The notes: generated by a model from the sequence alone, not told the origin. A stretch of 64,000 bases of DNA from Truepera sp. (GCA_965218435.1 CBDCKW010000009.1:2816001-2880000); one strand, 5' to 3'; positions 31,620-42,347 are shown, counted from the stretch's first letter. Numbers and translations are program-made.

Positions 31620-33185
31620 TTAGTTTGACTTGGTAATCGTGCTAAACGGAACCGTGCTCCCGAGCGGGCTCGGCATAAAGCCTTTGACCCCGACGCGCAC
31701 AGCGTTTAAGACCGGGTTATGGTCAACCGGAATCGCCGGAACCTGATCGTAGATAATCTGATTGATCTGATGATAGAGGTCAGCTCTGGTGTCCTCATCC
31801 GGCTCTTGACGCGCTTGGTTGAGTAAGTCTTTAACCTTGGCGTTGTCCCAGCCGAAGTTGCGTTTACCCTCTTCAGAACCAAAGAACGTGTAAACGAAGT
31901 TGTCGGGGTCGGCGTAGTCGGCGCTCCACCCGAGCATGTAGATCGGAAACTTACCGGTGTTGTTGTCGTCTAGGTAGGTACCCCAATCTTCAGTCTGCAG
32001 CTCGGCTTGAATGCCGATGTCGGCCAAGTACGAAGCAATGGCGGACGCGACCGGCTCAGCTGAGGGAAAATACGGGCGTGAGACGGGCATGTACCACATC
32101 TGGGTCGAGAACCCGTCTGCGAAGCCAGCTTCGCTGAGGAGCTGTTTGGCCATCTCGGGGTCGTAACTGTAAGGCTTTAAGTCTTCGCTGTACCCGATTA
32201 GACCCGGCGGGATAAACTGCGACGCGACCTGTGCGCCGTCACCAAAAAACGCCGTCACGACTTCGTTCCAGTCTACGGCGTGCGCGATAGCTTGCCGGAC
32301 TTTGACGTTTTGCAGTGGCTTATTTCCCTGGTGCAACCCGATGTAACCGATGTTGAGGTTCGAGTCGGCTACAGCGGTCTCGAGGCTATCGTCATTTTCA
32401 ATCGTCTGCGCGTCGTCGGGCGAGAGGTTGACAGCGATGTCAATGCTGCCCGCTTGGAGTTCAGCGAGGCGAGCGGTCGAGTCTTCGATGCCGCGAAACA
32501 CGAGACGCTCAACGCCCGCGGGCTCACCCCAATAGTCAGGGTTGCGCTCTAGGGTGAGCTGACTGCCGTCTACCCATTCGACAAACTGGAATGGCCCGGT
32601 CCCGACCGACCCGACCGCAGGCTGACCGTAGTCCGCCCCGGCTTTTTTGACCGCCGTGGGGCTGTGAATCCCGAAGTAAGACGACGACATCGCCGCAGGC
32701 AAAAAGCCCATCGGTTTGGTGAGGTCGAGCTCAAGGGTCAGGTCATCAATCACCTTCGCGCCCTCGACGACCGCAGCGTCGTCGCCCTTAAAACCGCCGA
32801 AAACGTAGCCCCACGCTTCGTAGATTTTGCCCTGGTCACGAAACCCATACTCGAAGTTCGGGTCGTTCCAGCGGTCGATGTTAAACTTGACGGCTTCAGC
32901 GTTAAAGGGCGTGCCGTCTTGAAAGGTGACGCCTTTACGAAACTTAAAGGTCCAGACGGTGCCGTCGTCGTTTGACGACCACTCAGTCGCTAGGCCGGGT
33001 TGGAGGTCGGTGCCGCCGGGTTCGACGAAAACCAGGTTTTCAACGATCTGATACGCCGCTGTCAGCGAGTTACCGTCGGTCGCGTCGTCCAAGCTGACGG
33101 GTAGGCCGCTGCCACCAAAAACCAGCGTTTGGGCCGAGCCCAAGCCTAAGAAGAGCAAGAGGGTTACGATTAGCAGTTTCTTCAT
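31620..33185 (-). CDS. Peptide ABC transporter substrate-binding protein (DppA-like)
   Basis: Signal peptide, GVTFQDGTPFNAEAVKF, GTGPF, WYMPVSRPY. Confidence 0.92.
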   Translation of the reverse strand: MKKLLIVTLLLFLGLGSAQTLVFGGSGLPVSLDDATDGNSLTAAYQIVENLVFVEPGGTDLQPGLATEWSSNDDGTVWTFKFRKGVTFQDGTPFNAEAVKFNIDRWNDPNFEYGFRDQGKIYEAWGYVFGGFKGDDAAVVEGAKVIDDLTLELDLTKPMGFLPAAMSSSYFGIHSPTAVKKAGADYGQPAVGSVGTGPFQFVEWVDGSQLTLERNPDYWGEPAGVERLVFRGIEDSTARLAELQAGSIDIAVNLSPDDAQTIENDDSLETAVADSNLNIGYIGLHQGNKPLQNVKVRQAIAHAVDWNEVVTAFFGDGAQVASQFIPPGLIGYSEDLKPYSYDPEMAKQLLSEAGFADGFSTQMWYMPVSRPYFPSAEPVASAIASYLADIGIQAELQTEDWGTYLDDNNTGKFPIYMLGWSADYADPDNFVYTFFGSEEGKRNFGWDNAKVKDLLNQARQEPDEDTRADLYHQINQIIYDQVPAIPVDHNPVLNAVRVGVKGFMPSPLGSTVPFSTITKSN

Positions 33186-33411
33186 GTCACCTCCAAAAAT
33201 TACATCGGGGCGGCGTCGGGTCTTTCAGAGACCTAACCGTAAACCTGGCTACAACCCAACACCGCGCAATGCTCATCAAAGCTTAACATAAGGTCATCGC
33301 AAGCTCGTGAGGACAAATCTGGGAGAAGGTTTGAGTTTTGTCTTTGTGGTAGCCGAGAAGAAAAGAGCAAGGAGGCAGTAAATAGCTTGGTCTTAATGCT
33401 CAATTCCTGCT

Positions 33412-34125
33412 TTAGGCAGGAACTAGCACGCCCTGCTCGAGCCTAAACCGCCCGTCTACGCCTTTGACCAACCCCTCGTCGTGTGTGACCATTACCACGG
33501 CGCTCCCCTCTTCGCGGGCGAGCTGCGCCAACAGCGCGTACACGTCGGCGGCCGAAACACGGTCTAAACTGCCGGTCGGTTCGTCGGCCAAAATCACCTG
33601 CGGGCGGCTGTAGAGCGACCGGGCCACCGCGACCCGTTGCCGCTCACCCCCGGACAAGCGTTTAGGTAAAAACGTCGTACGTTCTGAAAGACCCACCCGC
33701 GCCAACAGCTCTTTCCCTCTCGCTTCGTCCGGCTTTCCACCAATACGCCCCGGCAAGGTCACGTTTTCTAAGACGGTGAGGTCCTCGAGGAGATAGTGCT
33801 GCTGAAACACGAGCCCTAACCGCTCCGCCCGTTTCGCCGCCAAGACCCGCTGCGGCAACGCGTCAATTCGGCGCTTACCCCAATAGATTTCTCCGGCTGT
33901 GGGCCGGTCTAACCCGCCGAGCAGGTGCAAAAGCGTGCTTTTTCCTGAACCCGAAGGTCCCAAAATGGCGATCACTTGCGCCGGATACACGCTCAGGTCA
34001 ACGCCCCGGAGAATCTCCAAGTTCGCCCCCGGCGTCGTAAACGTTCGGGTCAGCCCCGTGCAAGAGAGCGCCGCAACGCCCACAAAATCTGCGGGTGACG
34101 GTTGCAGCATTTGAGAACGGGTCAC
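33412..34125 (-). CDS. LolD/MacB-type ABC transporter ATP-binding protein
   Basis: GPSGSGKST, LSGGERQRVA, ADEPTGSLD, VTHD. Confidence 0.9.
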   Translation of the reverse strand: MTRSQMLQPSPADFVGVAALSCTGLTRTFTTPGANLEILRGVDLSVYPAQVIAILGPSGSGKSTLLHLLGGLDRPTAGEIYWGKRRIDALPQRVLAAKRAERLGLVFQQHYLLEDLTVLENVTLPGRIGGKPDEARGKELLARVGLSERTTFLPKRLSGGERQRVAVARSLYSRPQVILADEPTGSLDRVSAADVYALLAQLAREEGSAVVMVTHDEGLVKGVDGRFRLEQGVLVPA

Positions 34126-34352
34126 GCCGCTACTATACCGCTGACCCTACCGACTTCTGCGTCGCACCTGACCTGCTTTTGTAGCGGCGCTCAACCAGGC
34201 AAACGTCAAAAAGGTCACCTGTAACGAGCGTCTAAACGTCTACTGTAGAACCCTTGGCTACGGAGCCGCTTGCGAAACATTTGTAAGACGGTTGTAAGAC
34301 TTCTGTCAGAGAGGAGGCGTCATAGTGGTCATGAGCACCCAGGAGGTCTCTC

Positions 34353-35294
34353 GTGAACGGGGTCATGAGTAAAACCGAAAAAGAAACGATACAAACGCCC
34401 TCAGGCTTGACGATTCGGCGTCAGGGTGAGGCTCTGGAGACAGTTAGCTCGAAGGCTGGCTTGTTTAGGCTTCTGGTCTCTCATTCACGCTCTGAAATAA
34501 CCGAAATAAACCTCAATGAAGGGAGTCGGTTCATAATTACACCCGCTGACTCAGTAGTTGAAACGTTTTATGTACTTTCAGGGCAACTAATCAGTGAGCA
34601 ATTTGGAAACCATGATTTTATCAATCAGGACAACTATATAGTCACTGAGAAGCTTTCAGAAGATTGTATATTCACAGCGTCTACAGATACGAGGCTGTTA
34701 CACATTACAGAAAGGCCACAGTTTCATACCTTTAGCGAGGACATAGGCCAACTCAGAGAGCTTGCAGTCGAAGTAGAAGTTAAAGACGGCTACACCGCAG
34801 ACCACTGTGAAAGGCTGCAAAATCTGTCTTATGCTACTGGCCAAGAACTCGGACTGAGTCCGGCAAACTTATATCTTCTAGATATTGGGGCTTATCTTCA
34901 CGACGTAGGCAAGATACGTGTGCCGCTCTCTATCTTAAATAAACCCGCTAAACTGACTCCTAAAGAATGGGAGATAATTAAACAGCACCCTCTATATGGC
35001 CGTGAGCTTTTGGACCAAACGTTTATGAGAGAAGCGAGTACAATTGTAGAGCAACACCATGAACGCTTGGATGGTAGCGGATACCCCTATGGGTTATCTG
35101 GTAGTGAGTTACTGGTTGAAGCCTCTATCGTTGCGGTAGCTGATACGTTTGACGCCATGACGACAAACCGCCCATACCATAAGGCAGCAACACAGGCCGA
35201 GGCACTTGCTGAAATTTGCAGATGCGTAGGAATTCACTATCCTAAAGAAGTCGTCAAGGCTTTCTATTCGGCATTGAGAGCGGGTAAGATATAG
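34353..35294 (+). CDS. HD-GYP phosphodiesterase with N-terminal cupin-like domain
   Basis: YTADHCER, HDVGK, HHERLDGSGYP, VADTFDAMTTNRPY; N-terminal ETFYVLSGQL cupin-like strand; AT-rich. Confidence 0.88.
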   Translation: MNGVMSKTEKETIQTPSGLTIRRQGEALETVSSKAGLFRLLVSHSRSEITEINLNEGSRFIITPADSVVETFYVLSGQLISEQFGNHDFINQDNYIVTEKLSEDCIFTASTDTRLLHITERPQFHTFSEDIGQLRELAVEVEVKDGYTADHCERLQNLSYATGQELGLSPANLYLLDIGAYLHDVGKIRVPLSILNKPAKLTPKEWEIIKQHPLYGRELLDQTFMREASTIVEQHHERLDGSGYPYGLSGSELLVEASIVAVADTFDAMTTNRPYHKAATQAEALAEICRCVGIHYPKEVVKAFYSALRAGKI

Positions 35295-35506
35295 AAGAGA
35301 AAAGAAATAGCAGCCTCTCTTATATCTATGGTTTACACTAGCGACCATTTTGAGGAAGTGTATGTCGTGAAATGTGCCACTTTTCGTATCGTATGATATT
35401 GACGTGAGACTTCTATTCATATAGACTTGCCCCAAGAAGGCAAACGCCAGAGTGTCTTCTTCAAGAGCGTTACTCGACGTTCTACTCAAAAGTATAGGGG
35501 TGAAAA

Positions 35507-35551
35507 ATGGTCCGAAAAGTCGTTTGCGAAGGCTTCAAAGTCACCAAATAA
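35507..35551 (+). CDS. Putative 14-aa micropeptide MVRKVVCEGFKVTK
   Basis: AGGGGTG SD-like sequence just before ATG; terminator follows immediately. Confidence 0.3.
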   Translation: MVRKVVCEGFKVTK

Positions 35552-35570
35552 GTAGTTCTCCGTCGTAAAG

Positions 35571-35603
35571 AGCAGACTGTGCATATCTCCAGTCTGCTTT
35601 TTT
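35571..35603 (+). terminator. Intrinsic terminator
   Basis: AGCAGACTG/CAGTCTGCT stem followed by a T-run. Confidence 0.8.
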
Positions 35604-35913
35604 GTTGCCTTTACGCCGTCAGCCTCGAGTAAGAATCTTGTAAGAGCCCTTGGTTTATCTTCTGTTCATAAGGCGCATCCGGACCATGCGCTTTACGCCC
35701 CTGCACGGTGACTCTGGCGATGAACCGTGTGGGGCACCCCTGTTTGTCCTCTCTTTGTCGTTGTTTCAGCTGCCAAACCACCCCTAATAACGTTCGTAAA
35801 CACGCGGTTTATGGGCTGAAAGTGTAGCTCAGCACCTCTGCAAAACTTCTCATATGGTGTGGTAGGCTTTTCTCTAATGAAGCGTTTAGGTTTCTCTTTT
35901 AGCGGGGCCGCTC

Positions 35914-36606
35914 GTGGCTGAACTCGAGCAGTTTCTCGTCCAAGTTCCGCTCTTTAACGGTGCGCCGCAGCGGGCGCTTGAAATTGCCGCTCAAGCTTTG
36001 CAGCCTCGCACCTTTCCACCTGACACCGTGCTCTTTCAGGAGGGCGACCAAGGCGAAGTCCTATATATTCTCAACAAAGGTATCGTCAAACTCTTTAAGA
36101 TTGACTTAGAAGGTCACGAAAAAACGCTCGCCATCCTTAAACCACCCGAATTTTTCGGTGAGATGGCGCTGTTAGGTGAGCAGGGCCGGAGCGCCACCGC
36201 GCTCTCAATCCGCGAAACGCTCGTCTATTTGCTGTTCAAAGACGATTTTCAGCGGCTCCTAAAAGAGTATCCGAGCATCAGTATGAACGTTGCCAATACG
36301 CTTTCACAGCGGCTTTACGGAGCCAACGACGAGGCGCAAGTCTTGTCGTATAAAGATGCGCAGGGGCGCGTGGCGTATGTGATTTTGCGGCTCTATTGGG
36401 GCGGCCTGATTGACTTTAACGACGAAGGCAAGGCGCTCTTACGGCTGACCCACCAAGAACTCGCCAGCCTCGCCGGAACGAGCCGCGAGACGGTGACGCG
36501 GGCGCTTAAAGCTTTGGAAGAAGAGCACGTGATCAGTACGCGGCCTAAAGAGGTCTTGATCCAAGACCCCGAGGGCTTAGAGGAGATCTTGCACGGCGTT
36601 CGCTGA
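35914..36606 (+). CDS. Crp/Fnr family transcriptional regulator
   Basis: cNMP domain FFGEMALL...RSATA and HTH LTHQELASLAGTSRETVTR. Confidence 0.93.
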   Translation: MAELEQFLVQVPLFNGAPQRALEIAAQALQPRTFPPDTVLFQEGDQGEVLYILNKGIVKLFKIDLEGHEKTLAILKPPEFFGEMALLGEQGRSATALSIRETLVYLLFKDDFQRLLKEYPSISMNVANTLSQRLYGANDEAQVLSYKDAQGRVAYVILRLYWGGLIDFNDEGKALLRLTHQELASLAGTSRETVTRALKALEEEHVISTRPKEVLIQDPEGLEEILHGVR

Positions 36607-36670
36607 TTCTGCAACCCTCGAGGCGTTTCAAGCTGTTCCATCGCCCAAAGGCCGCGAGCACCTAGCAGCG

Positions 36671-37900
36671 ATGCAGCTCGCGGGCCGCGACATCAACCGA
36701 GCCGTTTCTGAGCTGTATGAGGTCTACGGCCCGGTGTTCGCCTTTGGTGTGGGGCCGGTGCGTTTTATCTGGTTGGTCGGGCCGGAGGCGAACAAGTTCG
36801 TCTTGGAGGACGCCGCCGAACACTTTCAACTCGGTCCGGCTTACGGGTTTTTACGCACCATCGGCGGCGACACCGCGCTGATTACCAGCGATGAACCCGA
36901 GCATTTGCGGCGGCGGCGGCTCGTCCAACCCGCGTTTCACCGCTCGCGTTTGGCGCTGCTAGATACGCTGTTGCAGACACGACTTACGGAGCTGTTTGAA
37001 AGCTGGGTCGGGCGCAGCGTAGACCTCTACCAAGAGGTGCAGGGACGGGTGCTCGCCATCATCTGCGAGGTGCTGTTGGGGCAGGCGGCGCTTACGACCC
37101 CTCTGACCGCCGACATCGCCCGGATGATGCGTTACGCCAACCTGCCGTTTCAGTTCCAGCTCGTCAAACTGCGCGTGCCCGGTAGCCCGTGGGCGAAGTT
37201 TTTAGCAGCCAGAAACCGCGCCGACGCCGCTATCTACCGTGAAATTGCGCGGCGGCGTAAAAGCGGCGACGTTGGTGACGACGTACTCGGCCTGCTCTTA
37301 GAAGCGCGTGATGAGACCGGGCAGGGCCTCAGCGAGGTTGAGATGCGCGACCAAGCGATCAGTCTGGTTTCCGCCGGTTTCGATACGACGAGCGCGGCGC
37401 TGACGTGGGCGGCCTATGAGTTGCACCGGCAACCTGAACTGTTAGCTGAGTTGCGAACCAAACTTTCAGGTACAGCCGAACCGCCACTACTTGCGCAGAC
37501 CATCAAAGAGACGCTGCGCCTCTACCCACCGGCCCCCGCAGGATTACGGCAGACGACGAGAGATTTAACCTTTGGCGGCTATCACCTTCCGGCGGGGCAC
37601 CGAGCCGCATTTTCGATCTACGCGTCGCACCGTTTGGCGTCGGTTTACCCGGAACCGCTGCGGTTTCACCCACAACGTTGGGAGACGTTTTCACCGTCGC
37701 CCCACAGTTATCTACCTTTTGGTAACGGCGCACGTTACTGCATCGGCTCAGGTTTGGCGACCAGGATTTTGACGTTGGGACTGGGAAAACTCGTGCGAGA
37801 TTACACGCTGACGCCGCTCCGGACTGAACCTGTCCAAGAGGCCGGGAACACGCTGCATCCGCGTGGCGGTTTGCCGGTCAGGGTTGAACGGGTGGGCTGA
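36671..37900 (+). CDS. Cytochrome P450
   Basis: AGFDTT I-helix, ETLR, heme motif FGNGARYCIG. Confidence 0.93.
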   Translation: MQLAGRDINRAVSELYEVYGPVFAFGVGPVRFIWLVGPEANKFVLEDAAEHFQLGPAYGFLRTIGGDTALITSDEPEHLRRRRLVQPAFHRSRLALLDTLLQTRLTELFESWVGRSVDLYQEVQGRVLAIICEVLLGQAALTTPLTADIARMMRYANLPFQFQLVKLRVPGSPWAKFLAARNRADAAIYREIARRRKSGDVGDDVLGLLLEARDETGQGLSEVEMRDQAISLVSAGFDTTSAALTWAAYELHRQPELLAELRTKLSGTAEPPLLAQTIKETLRLYPPAPAGLRQTTRDLTFGGYHLPAGHRAAFSIYASHRLASVYPEPLRFHPQRWETFSPSPHSYLPFGNGARYCIGSGLATRILTLGLGKLVRDYTLTPLRTEPVQEAGNTLHPRGGLPVRVERVG

Positions 37901-38540
37901 GACGCGCCGAAAGCTGAGTCTCGAGTCCACGTTTCACTTCGGGCCAGTCGGAGTAGATTACCGAAAAGAGCAGCGTATCGCGGATATGCCCGTCTTTCAT
38001 CACGCGTTCGGCGCGCATCGTGCCCTCAAAAACCGCGCCCAACTTGCGAATCGCCCTTTCAGAACGGGTGTTCCGGGCGTCGGTATAGAAGTAGACGCGT
38101 AACAAGTCGAGGGTTTCAAAGGCGTAGGTAAGCATGAGGTATTTGCTCTCTAAGTTGACCGCGGTTCCCTGTGCAGAAGGCGCAAGCCAGGTAAAACCCA
38201 ACTCACAGTTGCGGTTGGCAGTGTTGAGACTCGAGTACCGGCTCGTTCCGACGATTTGACCGTCTACGAGCAGCACGAACGGGTAGGCTGTACCCGCGTC
38301 GCGTTCACGAAAGGCCCTGGCAAAATAGGCTTCGGCTTCGGCGGCGGTTGTCGGCGTTGAGGTGAAGCGGTACACTTCCGGGTTCGCTGTGGCAATCTCT
38401 AAGAGCGGCCCCAAGTGCTCTTCACCTAACGGCTCAAGCCTCACCACCTGACCTCGTAACACGAGGGGATGCTGAACCGGTAAGCTGCTAGACAACCCGG
38501 ACTCAACCAACCTGCAAATCTGCCTTGGGCAGCGTGGCAA
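37878..38540 (-). CDS. RimJ/RimL-type GNAT acetyltransferase
   Basis: ELGFTWL, TDARNTRS.RAI.KLGA.FEG; true start probably downstream of 38540. Confidence 0.85.
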   Translation of the reverse strand: MPRCPRQICRLVESGLSSSLPVQHPLVLRGQVVRLEPLGEEHLGPLLEIATANPEVYRFTSTPTTAAEAEAYFARAFRERDAGTAYPFVLLVDGQIVGTSRYSSLNTANRNCELGFTWLAPSAQGTAVNLESKYLMLTYAFETLDLLRVYFYTDARNTRSERAIRKLGAVFEGTMRAERVMKDGHIRDTLLFSVIYSDWPEVKRGLETQLSARLSPPVQP

Positions 38541-39180
38541 CGTCAGACTCTAGCGGTTGCGCGGCGAGGTCGAGGTCGAGCGGGACGATCTCCGCGTGTT
38601 CAATCGGGCGCTGCACGCCGAGCATACTGCTGATCACGACCGCGTGCGAGACGACGATTAGACTATCTAAATGCTTGTAACGCCGCAGCACGTTCAGCAC
38701 GCGTTCACGCACCTCTTCGACGCTCTCCCAACTCCGCGCTTCAGGGGGCGGCGGTTGTCGCTCAGCGACCGGTACACGCCGATCCTCCGAAGGTTTGTAC
38801 GCCGCTCGGCTCCGGGTACGCCGGTCTGCAAACGGAATAAAACCCGTGTAGTAAGAGAGCTGCTGATTGGCGTGGCGGATGATGTCGTCGTCCATCTCAC
38901 CGAGGGGGTCTTTTTGCGGTAGCCACTCGTGCAGGTCGTATTCGACGTGCAGGGGTTTGTCGAGCGCCCGCGAAAGCCGCGCCGCCGACTCTAAAGCCCG
39001 CGCGTAAGACGAACTGAGGATGCCCTGGGCCGCTTCTAACCGGTAATCGCTGGCGATCACGTCAATCTGCACGCGGCCTTTAGGGGTTAAGGGCGCAAAT
39101 GAGCGCGCCCAGCCGCGTACGCCGCGCGTCTCGAGCGCATCCCAATCAGTTTCACCATGACGGATAAAAAAAAGTTTCAT
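38503..39180 (-). CDS. Histidine phosphatase family protein
   Basis: RHGE, LHEW and VSHA motifs. Confidence 0.85.
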   Translation of the reverse strand: MKLFFIRHGETDWDALETRGVRGWARSFAPLTPKGRVQIDVIASDYRLEAAQGILSSSYARALESAARLSRALDKPLHVEYDLHEWLPQKDPLGEMDDDIIRHANQQLSYYTGFIPFADRRTRSRAAYKPSEDRRVPVAERQPPPPEARSWESVEEVRERVLNVLRRYKHLDSLIVVSHAVVISSMLGVQRPIEHAEIVPLDLDLAAQPLESDVATLPKADLQVG

Positions 39181-39615
39181 GTCACATGCCTTTGGAGCGT
39201 ACTCCAGGAGAAGTTAGACGCGCCAGCATGGTCCAGATTAGCATAAGGCTGCGGCTGGCAACAGTCATCAAGAAATAGCGAGGCAACATCGTATATTGTC
39301 TGGTGCATTGCGTCTCGAGGGGCCCCGGCGCCTCCCTTTCGCAGTCGTCGAGTTGTGGGTGCAGCCTGACAAACAGTAGGGCTCAGGCAACGAACAGTTG
39401 CAGCGTAGCAAGCCTCGGGGCAGACGAATATACGATGCTTAACTTTCGCTCCGGTAGCCTTGATCTTTTACTCAGCGAGTGCTTGGGTTGCAAGTCTTGA
39501 TAGAAGCAGAGGAACGTTTTGCGTGCATGTTTTTGAGGTTTGAACCTGACTCTACCGATCAGTATTACGCTTATATAATGCTGTGACAGGGCGCAATCTG
39601 TACTACCATAGACGG

Positions 39616-40548
39616 GTGCAAACACTAGACAGTTTTTACCGACGCGCGGTGCTTTCGGTGGCCGACGCACCGCCCATCACCAAGTTTATCAAGCAGCGAG
39701 GATTTAATCTGGGCGTCTCGAGGTTTGTCGCCGGTGAACAGCTGCCCGAAGTTCTAGGGGCGGTGCGGGCGCTCCGTCAGGACGGCTTGGAAAGTATCCT
39801 CGACCTGTTGGGCGAATTTGTTGACACCGAAGCGGGCGCGGCGGCGATGACCGAGGAGGTTTTGGCGACGTTGGAGGCCCTCAGGGGCGTCCCCGGCGAA
39901 CCCTACATGAGCGTCAAACCGACCCAGCTCGGGCTCGGCGTCAGCTTTGAGCTCGGCCTGCAGAACGCCACCAAGGTGGCTGAGAAGGCTAGAGACATCG
40001 GCGCACGGCTCTGTTTAGACATGGAAAACGTCCCTTATGTAGACGGGACTTTAGAGCTTTTCGGTGCGCTACAAGACAAGGGTTATAGCCACGTCTCGAC
40101 GGTGCTGCAGAGTTATTTATACCGGACGATGGACGACCTCGAGGCTCTGTTAGAACGCACGCCCAAACCCACGCTGCGAATCGTCAAGGGGGCGTACCGT
40201 GAGAGCGAAGGGGTCGCCTATCAGAACAAAGCGAAAGTAGACGAAACCTACCGGGAGCTGGTCTACCGAGGGCTCGAGGGCGGCGCTCAAATCGGGGTGG
40301 CGACCCACGACGAGAGTATCTTGAGCGAAGTCGAAGCGTTCGTACGCGGGGCCGGAATAGGGCCGGAGCGTTACGAGTTCCAGTTTTTGTACGGCGTCAA
40401 ACCGGCGCTGCAGCGCCGCCTGGTCGCCAAAGGTCACCGGGTGCGTATCTATATCCCCTACGGTCACGACTGGTACGGTTACTTCAGCCGCCGTTTGGCC
40501 GAACGCCCCGCCAACTTGCTCTTTGTGGTACGCGGCCTTTTTGGTTAG
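39616..40548 (+). CDS. Monofunctional proline dehydrogenase
   Basis: RFVAGE, SVKPTQLG, LDME, RIVKGAY, ATHD, YFSRRLAERPAN; leaderless GTG after TACCAT. Confidence 0.93.
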   Translation: MQTLDSFYRRAVLSVADAPPITKFIKQRGFNLGVSRFVAGEQLPEVLGAVRALRQDGLESILDLLGEFVDTEAGAAAMTEEVLATLEALRGVPGEPYMSVKPTQLGLGVSFELGLQNATKVAEKARDIGARLCLDMENVPYVDGTLELFGALQDKGYSHVSTVLQSYLYRTMDDLEALLERTPKPTLRIVKGAYRESEGVAYQNKAKVDETYRELVYRGLEGGAQIGVATHDESILSEVEAFVRGAGIGPERYEFQFLYGVKPALQRRLVAKGHRVRIYIPYGHDWYGYFSRRLAERPANLLFVVRGLFG

Positions 40549-40743
40549 ACACAGTTGCCGCGCAGCTGAAGGTTGAAGTGAACGCTTTCGGTTTACAAAC
40601 TTCCGGTTGTAGTCTGACTTCTAGATTCTCTATGCCAATCTAGAGAAGCGTCTTATAGCTGACACCTAAGCGTTCACAAAACTGAGTACAGTCGTATTTG
40701 AGTATAGTTGTGCATATATACAGCAGCCATGTTAAGGAGCGTT

Positions 40744-42297
40744 ATGGAACTATTTGAACCCTATCAGGTCGAGCCGTATTCGGATTTTTCGCAGAAAAGC
40801 GTACAAGACGCCTACAAAGAGGCGTTAGAACAAGTTCGTGGCCAACTCGGGCAAGCTTATCCGCTCGTTATCGGCGGCGAAGGGGTCACGACGACGCACG
40901 GGTGGCTCGAGTCCGTTAATCCGTGCAACACCGAGCAAGTTGTCGGGCGCAGCGCCAAAGCGGGGCGCAAAGAGGTCGAACGGGCGATGAACGCGGCGTG
41001 GACCGCGTATGAAAGTTGGTCGCAGTTGCCGATGAGCACCCGTGCGCGGACACTCGTCAAGCTCGCAGCAGTGCTGCGCCGCCGCAAATTTGAACTCTCG
41101 GCGTGGGAAACGTTTGAGGCGAGTAAAAGTTATCTCGAGGCCGAGGCTGACGTAGCCGAAGCGATTGACTTTTGCGAATACTACGCGCGGCAGGCGTTAA
41201 AACTAGACGGGCCGCTCGAGACCTACGATTACCCCGGCGAAGAAAACACTTCGTTTTTAGTCCCGATTGGCGTCGGTGTGGTGATTCCGCCGTGGAACTT
41301 TTTGCTGGCCATTTTAGTTGGCACGGCGGTCGGGCCGGTCGTCGTCGGCAACACGGTGATCGTCAAGCCCTCACCCGATACCCCGATTATCGCGCAGAAG
41401 TTTATGGAATGCGTTGCCGAAGCGGGGTTTCCGCCGGGTGTGATTAACCTCGTCACCGGGGCAGACGCCGACATCGGTGACCTGCTCGTAGACCATCCAC
41501 GCACCCGGTTTATCAACTTTACGGGGTCGCTCGAGACGGGTTTACGGATTCATGAACGCGCGGCCAAGCTCCAACCGGGGCAGAAGTGGCTAAAAAAGGT
41601 CTATACCGAACTCGGCGGCAAAGACGCGCTCATCGTTGACGAAACCGCCGATCTGGACTACGCCGCCGCCGCTGCCGTTGCCAGCGCGTTCGGGTTTCAG
41701 GGGCAGAAGTGCTCGGCGCTCAGCCGTCTGATCGTCGTGGACGAGGTCTACGACGCGCTCTTAGAGAAAGTCGTCGAGCGTACCCGGCAGCTCTCGTTCG
41801 GCCCCGCTGAAATTAACAGCGATGTGGGCGCGGTTATCAACCAAAAAGCCGTAGACAAGATCATGGGCTATATCGAAAACGGTAAGACCGAAGCGAAGCT
41901 CGTATTGGGCGGCAACCGGGGCGATGAGGCGGGCTTCTTTATCGAGCCGACCATCTTTGCTGAAGTGCCGCAGAGCGCGTCTATCGCCTGTGAAGAGATT
42001 TTTGGGCCGGTCTTGTCGGTGATGCGGGCGAGGGACTTCGACCACGCTTTAGAGCTAGCCAATTCAACCGTTTACGGGCTGACGGGCGGTGTGATCAGTC
42101 AAGACCGCACCCGCTTAGAACAGGCGCGGCGCGAGTTTCACGTCGGCAACTTGTACTTAAACCGCAAGATTACCGGGGCGCTCGTCGGCGTGCAACCGTT
42201 CGGCGGCTTTAACCTGTCGGGTTCAAACGCCAAAGCCGGGGGGCCGGACTATCTGCGGCTGTTTATGGAGATGAAAACGGTCGCTGAGCGGTATTAA
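40744..42297 (+). CDS. pruA: L-glutamate gamma-semialdehyde (P5C) dehydrogenase
   Basis: AEAIDFCEYY, PWNF, ELGGKD, FQGQKCSA, EEIFGPV; follows proline dehydrogenase. Confidence 0.93.
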   Translation: MELFEPYQVEPYSDFSQKSVQDAYKEALEQVRGQLGQAYPLVIGGEGVTTTHGWLESVNPCNTEQVVGRSAKAGRKEVERAMNAAWTAYESWSQLPMSTRARTLVKLAAVLRRRKFELSAWETFEASKSYLEAEADVAEAIDFCEYYARQALKLDGPLETYDYPGEENTSFLVPIGVGVVIPPWNFLLAILVGTAVGPVVVGNTVIVKPSPDTPIIAQKFMECVAEAGFPPGVINLVTGADADIGDLLVDHPRTRFINFTGSLETGLRIHERAAKLQPGQKWLKKVYTELGGKDALIVDETADLDYAAAAAVASAFGFQGQKCSALSRLIVVDEVYDALLEKVVERTRQLSFGPAEINSDVGAVINQKAVDKIMGYIENGKTEAKLVLGGNRGDEAGFFIEPTIFAEVPQSASIACEEIFGPVLSVMRARDFDHALELANSTVYGLTGGVISQDRTRLEQARREFHVGNLYLNRKITGALVGVQPFGGFNLSGSNAKAGGPDYLRLFMEMKTVAERY

Positions 42298-42309
42298 GGA
42301 TAAGTTTAC

Positions 42310-42337
42310 GAGAGCGGCTTTCGCTACCGCTCTTTTT
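42310..42337 (+). terminator. Intrinsic terminator after pruA
   Basis: AGAGCGG...CCGCTCT then a T-run. Confidence 0.75.
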
Positions 42338-42347
42338 ATGAGGCGAT

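Noticed and set aside
35400..35500. c-di-GMP-I riboswitch after the HD-GYP gene
   Set aside because: GGCAAAC is present, but the GAAA-capped stem and GACGCAAAG core are not.
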